64,000 nt of DNA from an uncultured bacterium (lineage in GTDB: Bacteria; Omnitrophota; Gorgyraeia; Duberdicusellales; CBEUCJ01). Made by a program: the position numbers and the translations under genes. The stretch lies in contig CBEUCJ010000001.1 of assembly GCA_965541615.1 (NCBI GenBank), positions 195,754-259,753 on the forward strand. The letters run 5' to 3'. Under the pieces are notes generated by a model, which ran no database searches, was not told where the DNA came from, and worked only from the letters and a program-made list of their open reading frames with translations. Of the stretch, positions 28,171 to 37,787 are shown piece by piece (the stretch's first letter is position 1; each line of letters opens with the position of its first letter).

Positions 28171-29851
28171 ACTTAAAGAAATATTAATTGAAAAAAAACT
28201 CATTGCTGAAGATGATCTTAAAAATGCTTTGAAGCTTCAAAAAGAAAAAGGAGGATTACTTTCAGATATATTAATAAAAATGGGTTTAATAGATGAAAAA
28301 AGATTAACTTTGGCTCTAAGCCAAAGTTTAAACATCCCTGTCTTAAGATTGAGTAAATTTAAAATAGATAAAGAGGTAATAAAACTTATGCCTTTGGAAT
28401 TGATAAAAAAATACCAGATTTTACCTTTAGCAAAAATAGGAAAAATACTTACTGTAGCTTTAGGAGACCCTCTAAATATTTTTGCTATAGATGATTTAAA
28501 AGCTGTAACTGGTTTACATATAAATCCTATTTTAGCTTTACCTTCAGAAGTAAAAGAAAATATAAATAAACTTTTTGCTCAAGATACAGAAAGAACTTTA
28601 GAAGAGATTTTAAAGAAAACTGAGAAACCAAATTTAGAGTTTATCCCTGTTCAGAAAGAGGAGTTGAGTACTCAAGAAGTTGAAGAAGCTCCTATCGTTA
28701 AGTACACTTATACTTTACTTAAAAAAGCCATAGAGAAAAGAGCTTCAGATATCTTAATAGAGCCTTTAGAGAAGAAAGTGAAGATAAGATTTAGAATAGA
28801 TGGTGTTTTACGTGAAGAGGAGTTAATCCCTAAGAATGTGCATAATTTTATTGTTACAAGGATAAAAGTAATGTCTAAATTAAATGTAGCTGAACACAGA
28901 CTTCCTCAAGATGGTAGGTTTAAGATAAAAATCAATAACAGAGAGATAGATTTTAGAGTTTCTATTCTCCCTTCAAGTTTTGGAGAAAAGATAGCTTTAA
29001 GAGTTTTAGATAAAAGTATGGGGTTGTTAGATTTAGATAGTTTAGGTTTTGAAAAAGATAATTTGGAAAAGATTAAAAAATCTGCTTCTATGCCCCATGG
29101 AATGATTTTGGTTTGTGGTCCTTCAGGTTCAGGTAAGACCACCACACTTTATGCTATCCTTAAATTCGTTGATTCTCCTGAGAAAAATTTGATTACAGTT
29201 GAGGATCCTGTAGAATATCAGATAAAAACAGCTACACAGATAAATGTAAATCCTGAAGTAGGTTTAACTTTTGCTTCTGCTTTGAGATCTATTTTAAGAC
29301 AAGACCCAGATATCATAATGGTTGGAGAGATTAGAGATCCAGAGACTTTAGATATAGCTATAAAAGCTGCTTTAACAGGACATTTGTTGTTATCTACAGT
29401 TCATACTACCACAGCTTCAGGAGCAATAGTTAGGTTATTAAATATGGGAGCAGAAAATTATCTTTTAACTTCATGTTTAATATGTGTGATAGCTCAGAGG
29501 TTAGTTAGAAAACTATGTGAGCATTGTAAAGAAGAGAAGTTAATAAAAAGAGAAATAATTGAGAGATTAAAAATGCCTTGTAAATCTTGTGAAGAAAATG
29601 TAAGAGTATTTGTTCCTAAAGGATGCGATAAATGTTTTAACACAGGTTATTTAGGAAGGATTGGAATATGTGAGGTTTTATCTATGAGTAATGAAATCAG
29701 AGAATTAATTTTAAAAAATGCACAGGAATCTGAGATTAGAAATAAAGCTAGATCAGAAGGGATGAGGACTCTAAGAGAAGATGGATTTGTTAAGGTAATC
29801 AAAGGGATTACTTCTTTAGATGAAGTTTTAAGGATAACAGCTCCAGAGTAG
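28154..29851 (+). CDS. pilB: Type IV pilus assembly ATPase PilB/GspE
   Basis: ASDILIEP, RLPQDGR, GPSGSGKTT, EDPVE, LRQDPD, GEIRD, CxxC...CxxC. Confidence 0.88.
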   Translation: MFLQDKLKEILIEKKLIAEDDLKNALKLQKEKGGLLSDILIKMGLIDEKRLTLALSQSLNIPVLRLSKFKIDKEVIKLMPLELIKKYQILPLAKIGKILTVALGDPLNIFAIDDLKAVTGLHINPILALPSEVKENINKLFAQDTERTLEEILKKTEKPNLEFIPVQKEELSTQEVEEAPIVKYTYTLLKKAIEKRASDILIEPLEKKVKIRFRIDGVLREEELIPKNVHNFIVTRIKVMSKLNVAEHRLPQDGRFKIKINNREIDFRVSILPSSFGEKIALRVLDKSMGLLDLDSLGFEKDNLEKIKKSASMPHGMILVCGPSGSGKTTTLYAILKFVDSPEKNLITVEDPVEYQIKTATQINVNPEVGLTFASALRSILRQDPDIIMVGEIRDPETLDIAIKAALTGHLLLSTVHTTTASGAIVRLLNMGAENYLLTSCLICVIAQRLVRKLCEHCKEEKLIKREIIERLKMPCKSCEENVRVFVPKGCDKCFNTGYLGRIGICEVLSMSNEIRELILKNAQESEIRNKARSEGMRTLREDGFVKVIKGITSLDEVLRITAPE

Positions 29852-29855
29852 TTTT

Positions 29856-31544
29856 ATGAGACTTAAAGAGAAAATACTTGTTAAGTTAAAGAATAAAGGG
29901 ATTTCAGAAAATGAGATAAAAGAACTCTTAGCTATAAAAGAGTTTTCTGAATTTAAAGAAAGATTGTTTTCTGAAAAATTACTTACAAAAGAAGAATTTT
30001 TAAAGATACTTTCTGAAGAATTTCAGATTCCTTTGATAAATTTAAAAGATTTAAAGATTAGCAAGGATTTAAAAAAACTTTTACCTAAAGATACAGCCTT
30101 AAAGTATAAAATAGCACCTGTTGAAAGTAGAGAGAATATTTTAAAAATAGCTATCTCAGATCCTTCTGATATTTTTGTCAAACAGGATTTAGAAATCTTA
30201 GTTAATAAGAAAATAGAGTATGTTTTAGCTTCAGAAGAAGAGATTAAGATTCTTCAGGAAAGATTATATGGACTTGAAAAAGATACTGTAGATATCTTAA
30301 AAGAAGTAAAAGATTTAGGTGAGCCTGAACTTACAGAAGTTGAAGAGCTGAAAGTAGATTCAGTTATAAGAGAAGCAGAAAGACCACCCATAGTAAAAAT
30401 AGTAGATTTACTCCTTTATGAAGGTTTAAGAAGGAGAGCTTCAGATATTCATATAGAACCTAAAGAAGATTGCTTGAAAGTAAGATACAGAATAGATGGC
30501 ATCTTACAAGAAGCTTACAACATTCCTAAAAAAAATCAAAATGCTATTATTGCCAGATTGAAGATAATGTCCAGATTAGATATGACTGAAACAAGGATTC
30601 CTCAAGATGGAAGATTTAAGGTAAAATTTGAAGGTAGAGAAATAGACTTTAGGGTTTCAAGTCTTCCTTCAATTTTTGGAGAAAAATTTGTTTTAAGGAT
30701 TTTAGACAAAGAGAATCTTTTTGTAGGATTAGATAAATTAGGATTTTCACCTGAACCCTTAGAGATATTTAAAGAAGCTATTAAAAGACCTTTTGGGATG
30801 ATTTTGGTAACAGGTCCTACAGGTTCTGGAAAGTCTACGACACTCTATTCTATAATTCAACAGTTAAACACTCCTGATAGAAATATAATAACCATTGAAG
30901 ACCCTGTAGAGTATCAAATAGAAGGAATAACTCAAATTCAAGTAAGACCTGAAATAGGATTAGATTTTGCTCAAGGATTAAGAGCTATATTACGCCAAAG
31001 TCCAGATATTATCTTAGTAGGTGAGATTAGAGATACTGAGACTGCTGACATAGCTATAAAAGCTGCTTTGACAGGGACTTTGATTTTATCTACATTACAC
31101 ACAAATGATGCTTGTGGAGCTATTACGAGATTAGAGAACATGGGAATAGAACCTTTCTTGATAGCTTCTTCATTGATATTGGTTACTGCTCAAAGATTAT
31201 GTAGAAAAATTTGTGATAAATGCAAATATAGTTATAATGTTTCAGAAGTAGTTTTAAAAAGATTGGGATTAGAGCATTTGAAAGATAAAAAATTTTATTA
31301 TGGAAAAGGATGCCAAAATTGTAATAATACAGGTTACAAAGGTAGGACCCCTATTTTAGAATGTTTGTATATAGATGATGCAGTAAAAGAGTTAATAATA
31401 AAGTGTGCTTCTAGTGATCAAATTAAAAATTTTGTGATAAAAAACAAAGGATTTAAGACTTTGAGAGACGATGCTCTTAAGAAATGTTTAGAAGGAGTTA
31501 TAAGTTTAGAAGAGATGGTAAGAGTAACTGCTGAGGAGGAGTAA
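29856..31544 (+). CDS. pilB: Second type IV pilus assembly ATPase PilB/GspE
   Basis: ASDIHIEP, GPTGSGKST, GEIRD, STLHTNDA, Zn-binding cysteines. Confidence 0.88.
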   Translation: MRLKEKILVKLKNKGISENEIKELLAIKEFSEFKERLFSEKLLTKEEFLKILSEEFQIPLINLKDLKISKDLKKLLPKDTALKYKIAPVESRENILKIAISDPSDIFVKQDLEILVNKKIEYVLASEEEIKILQERLYGLEKDTVDILKEVKDLGEPELTEVEELKVDSVIREAERPPIVKIVDLLLYEGLRRRASDIHIEPKEDCLKVRYRIDGILQEAYNIPKKNQNAIIARLKIMSRLDMTETRIPQDGRFKVKFEGREIDFRVSSLPSIFGEKFVLRILDKENLFVGLDKLGFSPEPLEIFKEAIKRPFGMILVTGPTGSGKSTTLYSIIQQLNTPDRNIITIEDPVEYQIEGITQIQVRPEIGLDFAQGLRAILRQSPDIILVGEIRDTETADIAIKAALTGTLILSTLHTNDACGAITRLENMGIEPFLIASSLILVTAQRLCRKICDKCKYSYNVSEVVLKRLGLEHLKDKKFYYGKGCQNCNNTGYKGRTPILECLYIDDAVKELIIKCASSDQIKNFVIKNKGFKTLRDDALKKCLEGVISLEEMVRVTAEEE

Positions 31545-31551
31545 TTTTTAG

Positions 31552-32757
31552 ATGCCTTATTATAAGTACATAGCTGAGAATTCTGAAGGCAAAAAGATAA
31601 AAGGAGTAATTCAAGCTTCAGAGGAATCTGAAGTAGTTCAAAAGTTAAGAGAAGAAGGTTTAGTCCTTTTAGATTTAAAAGAGACTAAAAAAGGCATAGT
31701 TAAAAATATAGTCAGAGGGAAAATAAAATTAGAGGATTTAGCTTCTTTTTCAAGACAGTTAGCTACCATACTTCAAAGTGGGATCCCTCTGGTAGAAGGT
31801 TTAGGAATACTCTCTCAGCAAGTAACAAATCCTGCTTTTAAGAAGATAATCTCTAATATTCAAAAAGAGATTAAAGAGGGATTGGCTTTTTCAGATTCTT
31901 TAAAAAAATACCCAAATGTGTTTTCAGAATTATACATAAATATGGTAAAAGCTGGTGAAGCTTCAGGTTTATTAGATGAAATTTTAGATAGGTTAGCTAG
32001 TTACTTAGAAAGAACAGTTCAACTCCAGCATAAGATAAAATCTAGTTTAATGTATCCAATTGTAGTAGTTTTAATGGCTATAGGAATAACTGCTTTTTTG
32101 ATGGTAAAAGTAATCCCTACTTTTAAAGAAATCTTTGAGATGTTAGAGGCAAAATTACCTTTACCTACCAGGATTTTAATAAAAATAAGTGAATTTTTTA
32201 AAAATAGCTTTATTTTTATCTTAATGGGATTAGGGATAGGTGTTTTTATTTTCTTGCAGGGTTTGAAAAATCCTAAATTTAAAAAGATAGTAGATGCAAA
32301 TGTTTTAAGAATTCCTGTATTTGGTGATTTATGTAAGAAGATAGCTATAGCTAAATTTTCAAGGACTTTAGCTACTTTGATTAAAAGTGGTGTCTCTATA
32401 TTACAGTCTTTAGAGATAGTAGCTAAGACTTCAGGAAATAAGATTATTGAAGAAGCTGTATTAAAAGCAAGAGAGAGTATAAAGGAAGGTGAGTTTTTGG
32501 CTGCTCCTTTAGAAAAAACTCAAATTTTTCCTCCATTAGTAGTTAGGATGATAGCTGTAGGTGAAAAGACAGGAAAGTTAGAATTTATGTTGTCTAAAAT
32601 TGCTGATTTTTATGATGAAGAAGTTTCAACTACTGTATCTAATTTAATGAGTTTGATAGAACCACTTATTATTGGTTTTTTAGGAATAGTAATTGGAGGA
32701 ATAGTTGTTTCATTATTCTTACCTATATTAAAAATTACACAGTTAGTAGGAAGATAA
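31552..32757 (+). CDS. pilC: Type IV pilus platform protein PilC/GspF
   Basis: FSRQLAT, AGEASG, YP, GEKTGKL, EP motifs. Confidence 0.92.
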   Translation: MPYYKYIAENSEGKKIKGVIQASEESEVVQKLREEGLVLLDLKETKKGIVKNIVRGKIKLEDLASFSRQLATILQSGIPLVEGLGILSQQVTNPAFKKIISNIQKEIKEGLAFSDSLKKYPNVFSELYINMVKAGEASGLLDEILDRLASYLERTVQLQHKIKSSLMYPIVVVLMAIGITAFLMVKVIPTFKEIFEMLEAKLPLPTRILIKISEFFKNSFIFILMGLGIGVFIFLQGLKNPKFKKIVDANVLRIPVFGDLCKKIAIAKFSRTLATLIKSGVSILQSLEIVAKTSGNKIIEEAVLKARESIKEGEFLAAPLEKTQIFPPLVVRMIAVGEKTGKLEFMLSKIADFYDEEVSTTVSNLMSLIEPLIIGFLGIVIGGIVVSLFLPILKITQLVGR

Positions 32758-32760
32758 AGC

Positions 32761-32789
32761 TTGACACCCTAAATTTTGAATAGTAAACT
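32761..32789 (+). promoter_or_regulatory. Sigma70 promoter of the pilin gene
   Basis: TTGACA-17 nt-TAAACT; SD AAGGAGGT at about 32840. Confidence 0.7.
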
Positions 32790-32857
32790 TTAAAAGTAGA
32801 TTTAAAAATAGAAAATAAAGTTTTAATTTTGTTTAAAGAAAGGAGGTGTTTTAAAAG

Positions 32858-33304
32858 ATGAAGAAAGGTTTTACTTTAGTAGAAATTATGATTGTAGTCG
32901 CTATCATTGCTTTATTAGCAGCTATAGCTATCCCTAACTTACTACGTGCAAGATTGAATGCTAATGAATCTGCTGCAATAGCAGCTTTACAGACTATTTC
33001 TTCTGCAGCTCAAAGTTATAGAGCTGTAAATCCTACTTTTCCTGCTAATTTGAGTGCGTTGGGTAATGCAACTCCTCCTTACATTGATAGTGTCTTAGCA
33101 AGTGGGTCAAAGCAAGGATATAACTTTACTCTTTCAGGTAGCACAAACACTTTTTTGGCTATAGCTTATCCTCAAATTCATGGAAAAACAGGTAGACGTT
33201 CTTTCTGTGTAGATGAGAGTGGAGTTATAAGATACACAGACCCAGGTTCAGCAGTTACTAGTCCTTCTGCTTGTGATAGCAGTTTTGGGAATCCAATAGA
33301 ATAA
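32858..33304 (+). CDS. pilA: Major type IV pilin
   Basis: KKG|FTLVE class III signal peptide; own promoter, SD and terminator; C-terminal Cys pair. Confidence 0.9.
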   Translation: MKKGFTLVEIMIVVAIIALLAAIAIPNLLRARLNANESAAIAALQTISSAAQSYRAVNPTFPANLSALGNATPPYIDSVLASGSKQGYNFTLSGSTNTFLAIAYPQIHGKTGRRSFCVDESGVIRYTDPGSAVTSPSACDSSFGNPIE

Positions 33305-33332
33305 TAATTTTTTTGTTTTTATGTTAATTAAA

Positions 33333-33364
33333 AAGGGGGCTTTAAAAAGCCCCCTTAATTTTTT
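33333..33364 (+). terminator. Rho-independent terminator
   Basis: AAGGGGGCTTT-aa-AAAGCCCCCTT hairpin followed by a T-rich tract. Confidence 0.8.
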
Positions 33365-33369
33365 AAAGT

Positions 33370-35421
33370 TTGAAAAGATATATTTTTTTAATTATTCTAA
33401 TAGGCTTTTTCTTATATTTAAAAGTTATATTCTTTGATTTTGTTTGGGATGATAAAGCTTTAGTTATAAATAATCCTTTAATAAGACCCCCTTTAAGACT
33501 CAAAGAAATATTTACCAATACAATATTCTATCCAAAAGTATTAAAGACTCCTTTTTGGAGACCTCTTCAAACTTTAAGTTACTTTTTAGATTATAAAATA
33601 GCAGGTCTTAATTCTAAAATTTTCCATTTAACTAATATTATTCTTCATATTTTAAACTCCATTTTAGTATTTTTAATCATCCAAAATATTTTTTCTAAAA
33701 AATTTATATCTTTTTTTACATCTATATTTTTTCTTATTCATCCTTTAAATTTAGAATCTGTGTGTTATGTATCAGGAAGAGCAGATTTATTGATGGGATT
33801 CTTTATATTAACAGCTTTTTATTTTTTTCTATTTTATCAAAACACTAATAAATTACTCTTTCTTTTACTTTCTTTAATATTTTTTTCTTTAGCTTTACTT
33901 TCAAAGGAACCCAGTTTAATATTTCCCATTTGGATTTTTTTATATTTAAAATTTATAAAAAAAGATGTTTTTAAAAAAGCTTTTAAAAAAACTATATTCT
34001 TTTTTTTAATCTCTTTTTTTTATCTAATTTTAAGGATCTTTGTTTTAAAGATTCCTTCCTCTATAACTCTTCAAAAATTCTATCCTCCTTTAGTAAGATT
34101 TCTAACTCTGCCTCAAGTTTTTTTTCAATACTTAATTGTTCTCTTTTTTCCAATACATCTTCATATGGCAAGGAATGTGATGATTTTTGAGAAGTTTTGC
34201 TTTTTTTTATTATTTCAATGGTTGATAATGCTGTTTATTTTTCTTTTTCTTTTTAAAATTTCTCAAAAATCTTTTTATGCAAAGTTTTCTCTTATTTTCT
34301 TTTTTACTTTTTTATTTCCTAATCTACCACCTTTTCCTCAGAATGCTTTTTTAGCAGAACATTTTTTATATTTAGCTCAGGTAGGTATATGGGTTATGCT
34401 TTCAGTTTTTTTATATTCTAAGAAGTTAAGAAGTATTTTGTTTTTCTATCTTTTGTTTATATTTTTTATTAACTTTAAAACCTCTGATTATTGGAAAGAT
34501 AATAAAGTGCTTTATGAAAGGATACTTAAACTTTCTCCTAATAGTTTTGCTGTATGTAATAATTTAGGGACAGTGTATTTAGAAGAGGGAGATTTTAAAA
34601 AAGCTGATTTTTTATTTAAAAGAGCTTTAGAGATTAATCCTGGTTTTTTAGAAGCAAAACTCAATTTAGCTAGGATTTATTATCTTAAAGGAGATTTAGA
34701 GAAAGCTATAAGTATGACTAAAAAAATAATAAAATCAGAACCTTCTTATTACTTAGCTTACCAGTATTTAGGTGCTTTTTATGCAAAAAAGAAAAATTTT
34801 GAAAAAGCTGAAAAAGCATTTAAAAAAGCTTTAGAGTTAAATCCTAAGAATCCTTTAATTTGGTATGATCTTTACCTTTTTTATAAAGAAAAAGGAGATA
34901 TTAAGAATGCATATTCTGTTTTAAAGAAAGCAGGCAGTTTAAATAAAGAGTATTTTGGTGAGTTTTATTTTTTAAAAAGCAAAGAGTTTTTAGAAAAAGG
35001 AAATTTTAAAAAAGCTTTAAATTATGTAAATAAAGCTTTAAGAATAAATAGATTAAAATGTGAGTATTTTAATTTGAAAGGTGTAATATTTAAAAATATG
35101 GGTAGGTTTAAAGAAGCAATTATTTTTTATAAGAAAGCTTTAAGATTAAATCCTAAGAGTCCACAGGTTTATAATAATTTAGGAGTACTCTTTGCTCTTT
35201 TAAAAAGGGATAAGGAAGCAGAATTCTATTTTAAAAAGTCTTTAGAATTTGATAAAGATAACTTTGAAGCAAATATGAATTTGGGTTTTTTTTATTTAAA
35301 AAAAGGAGAAAAAGCTAAAGCAAGATATTATTTTTTAAAAGCAAAAAAAATAAATCCTCAATATTTTTCAAAATTTAAAGATTATTTAAAAGACAACTCA
35401 ATTATTGATGTAGATTTCTGA
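33370..35421 (+). CDS. TMTC-like membrane glycosyltransferase with TPR repeats
   Basis: FVWDD...NP, WRPL, FHLTN, HP...ESVCYVSGRADLL, SKE, AEHFLYL; C-terminal TPRs. Confidence 0.82.
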   Translation: MKRYIFLIILIGFFLYLKVIFFDFVWDDKALVINNPLIRPPLRLKEIFTNTIFYPKVLKTPFWRPLQTLSYFLDYKIAGLNSKIFHLTNIILHILNSILVFLIIQNIFSKKFISFFTSIFFLIHPLNLESVCYVSGRADLLMGFFILTAFYFFLFYQNTNKLLFLLLSLIFFSLALLSKEPSLIFPIWIFLYLKFIKKDVFKKAFKKTIFFFLISFFYLILRIFVLKIPSSITLQKFYPPLVRFLTLPQVFFQYLIVLFFPIHLHMARNVMIFEKFCFFLLFQWLIMLFIFLFLFKISQKSFYAKFSLIFFFTFLFPNLPPFPQNAFLAEHFLYLAQVGIWVMLSVFLYSKKLRSILFFYLLFIFFINFKTSDYWKDNKVLYERILKLSPNSFAVCNNLGTVYLEEGDFKKADFLFKRALEINPGFLEAKLNLARIYYLKGDLEKAISMTKKIIKSEPSYYLAYQYLGAFYAKKKNFEKAEKAFKKALELNPKNPLIWYDLYLFYKEKGDIKNAYSVLKKAGSLNKEYFGEFYFLKSKEFLEKGNFKKALNYVNKALRINRLKCEYFNLKGVIFKNMGRFKEAIIFYKKALRLNPKSPQVYNNLGVLFALLKRDKEAEFYFKKSLEFDKDNFEANMNLGFFYLKKGEKAKARYYFLKAKKINPQYFSKFKDYLKDNSIIDVDF

Positions 35422-35433
35422 AGATGATAAGAT
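35405..35433 (+). promoter_or_regulatory. Putative promoter for pilMNOPQ
   Basis: TTGATG-17 nt-TAAGAT with extended -10 TG, 8 nt before the ATG. Confidence 0.45.
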
Positions 35434-35441
35434 AGTGTAAA

Positions 35442-36359
35442 ATGTTAAAGAAACCATATTCTAAAGAAAAGATAGTTTGCTTAAATATAGGAGAAGATTC
35501 AATTAAAGGAATAGAAATTGAGACATTACCTCCTCTAAAAGACCTCCCTTTTAGGTTTATTCTTGATAAGTTTTATATCAAAAATTTTAAAGAACTTACT
35601 TGTGAAGTTTTAAAAGAATTTTTTCTAAAAGCAAATTTTTCTACCCAAAAAGTAAGAGTATGTTTAGAAAGGATTCATACTCTTGCAAGATACATTGAGC
35701 TTCCTAAAATGGAGCTTAAAGAATTCAAAAACGCTCTTAAGTTTGAAGTAGAAAAGTGCATTCCTTTTTCTATAGAAGAAGTGTACTTTGACGGAGATAT
35801 TTTAGAAGAGTATGAGCAAAAAATGAGGGTGATAGTAGCTGTTTGCAAGAAAAAATTAATAGATTCTATTTTAGATCTTTTTAATAAAATAAATATTTTT
35901 GTTGAGTTAATAAATTTAGAGAGTTTAGCTTTGATTAATTTTTTTAATTATTTTTTCAAAGTCAACACAGAAACAGGTTTACTCAATATTGGAGATAAGG
36001 TTAGTTCCTTTACTATTTTGAGAGCTCAGATTCCTTTTTTAACAAGAGTCATAGCTTTGGGTAGATACCATTTTTTAAAAGAAGATAATTTTAATTCTTT
36101 TGAGAATCTGCTTAGAGAAATTAAACTTACCTTAGATTATTTTGAGACTCAAACTTCAAGTTCAGTAAAAAAGATGTTTATAACTGGAGAAGGAGTATAT
36201 ATTAGCAAAATAACAGATTTCTTTACAGAAAATCTAAATATACCTGCAGAAAAGCTTAGTATTGAAAACAAAATAGATTTTAAAGATCCTTCTACAAAAT
36301 CAAATTTTTTAAAAGAAGAAAATACATTCCATGCGTGTTTGGGGTTAGGGGTATCATGA
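35442..36359 (+). CDS. pilM: PilM-like pilus assembly protein
   Basis: LNIGEDSIK, IPFSIEEVYFD, LNIG...S, ITGEG actin-like motifs; position in operon. Confidence 0.75.
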   Translation: MLKKPYSKEKIVCLNIGEDSIKGIEIETLPPLKDLPFRFILDKFYIKNFKELTCEVLKEFFLKANFSTQKVRVCLERIHTLARYIELPKMELKEFKNALKFEVEKCIPFSIEEVYFDGDILEEYEQKMRVIVAVCKKKLIDSILDLFNKINIFVELINLESLALINFFNYFFKVNTETGLLNIGDKVSSFTILRAQIPFLTRVIALGRYHFLKEDNFNSFENLLREIKLTLDYFETQTSSSVKKMFITGEGVYISKITDFFTENLNIPAEKLSIENKIDFKDPSTKSNFLKEENTFHACLGLGVS

Positions 36360-36925
36360 TAATAAAAATAAATCTTTTACCTCCTCATGTAAAAGATTCT
36401 CAAAGAAAAATTAAAAAAATTAAATTAAATTTTAAGACTTTAGTTAAAGTGCTTTTAATTTTTATAATAATAGAAATTTCTTTAGGAGTCTTAAAAGGAG
36501 CAATTAAATTTAAGATAAAAAAGATAAATAAAGAAAGGAAAAGATTAGCTCCTTTATTAGGACAAATTCAGTCTATAAACAGAGAGTTGAGAAAAATAGA
36601 AGAGAAAATCTCTATTTTAAATAGTGTAAAGAAAAGGAATTTTTGTATATCTCTTTTTTTTGATAAGCTTTTAAAGATTTTGCCCAAAACCATTTGGTTT
36701 TCAAAAGTAATTATTACACAAGAAAATATATTTATAGAAGGCAGTTCAGTAAGTTTGGGTAAATTTGATCAGACTTACTATGTGAATGAGCTGGTAGAGA
36801 GAATAAGAGATTGTTTTAAAGATATTGTTCAAGATGTAGAATTGAAATCTTTAAGAAAGAGAAACATTTCAAAAACTGAAATTGCAGATTTTTCTATATG
36901 GATAAGATTAAAATCAGAAAATTAA
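36356..36925 (+). CDS. pilN: PilN-like protein
   Basis: KINLLP motif, TM, coiled coil, LPKTIWF; ATG at 36356 overlaps the pilM stop. Confidence 0.75.
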   Translation: MIIKINLLPPHVKDSQRKIKKIKLNFKTLVKVLLIFIIIEISLGVLKGAIKFKIKKINKERKRLAPLLGQIQSINRELRKIEEKISILNSVKKRNFCISLFFDKLLKILPKTIWFSKVIITQENIFIEGSSVSLGKFDQTYYVNELVERIRDCFKDIVQDVELKSLRKRNISKTEIADFSIWIRLKSEN

Positions 36926-37446
36926 TATACTTTCTTCTTATAGGAATATTAGGAATAAATATCTTCTTTTTATTTCCTTTTCAGGTGATTACATTCTTTT
37001 CTATAAATAAGAAGTTAATAAAGCTTTCAAGAAAATTAAAGGAAGAAAAACTCCAAGTCTCCAGACTCACCAAATACAAAGAAAGTTTAAAATTGCAAAA
37101 AGAAAAATATCAAAAAGTTTTAAACAGTAGTATCAGAGAAGAAGAGTTCTCTAAAATTATTAGTATAATCTCACAAAAAGCTAAAAAATTCGGGGTTAAA
37201 CTCTGTGATTTAGAACCTTTGGAGATCTCTGAAAAGAATAGTTTTGATGGAGGAGAATGTTATCTTAAGCCTATTTCTGTTACTGCCTACAGTACTTTCA
37301 AATCATTTATGAGATTCTTAAGGTATATAGAAAAATATGAAAAGTTTATAAAGGTTAAAAATTTAGAGATCCTCTCAACCTACTCTGGAGAGTATCCTAT
37401 CAGGTTTTTATTAGAGGTTTTTGTGATAAAATTTAAAAAAATATGA
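36898..37446 (+). CDS. pilO: PilO-like protein
   Basis: TM, coiled coil and ferredoxin-like tail (FMRFLRYIE); synteny. Confidence 0.7.
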   Translation: MDKIKIRKLIYFLLIGILGINIFFLFPFQVITFFSINKKLIKLSRKLKEEKLQVSRLTKYKESLKLQKEKYQKVLNSSIREEEFSKIISIISQKAKKFGVKLCDLEPLEISEKNSFDGGECYLKPISVTAYSTFKSFMRFLRYIEKYEKFIKVKNLEILSTYSGEYPIRFLLEVFVIKFKKI

Positions 37447-37781
37447 AGATACTTTTTTATCTTCTTATTTTTTTATTTTTTCAGAATTTTACTTACGCAG
37501 ATAATTCTGAAAGAGACCCTTTTCTTCCTTTAGTATCTCCTGAAGGTAAACTGATAAACATTTCTTACAAAATCTCTTTTTCAGAGATTAAATTGGAGGC
37601 TATCATTTATTCGAAAGATAAACCTTTAGCTATAATAAATGGTAATCTTTATAAAGAAGGTGAAAAGATTGGAGAATACAAGATTGTTAAGATAAATGAA
37701 GATAAGGTAGTTTTAAAAAAAGGAAAAGAAGAATTTAATTTGATGTTGTATGAAGAAAAGTTTCAAAACCAAGGAAGGTGA
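37443..37781 (+). CDS. pilP: PilP-like protein
   Basis: RDPF motif, LEAIIYS...AIING; synteny. Confidence 0.65.
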   Translation: MKILFYLLIFLFFQNFTYADNSERDPFLPLVSPEGKLINISYKISFSEIKLEAIIYSKDKPLAIINGNLYKEGEKIGEYKIVKINEDKVVLKKGKEEFNLMLYEEKFQNQGR

Positions 37782-37787
37782 TTAAAG

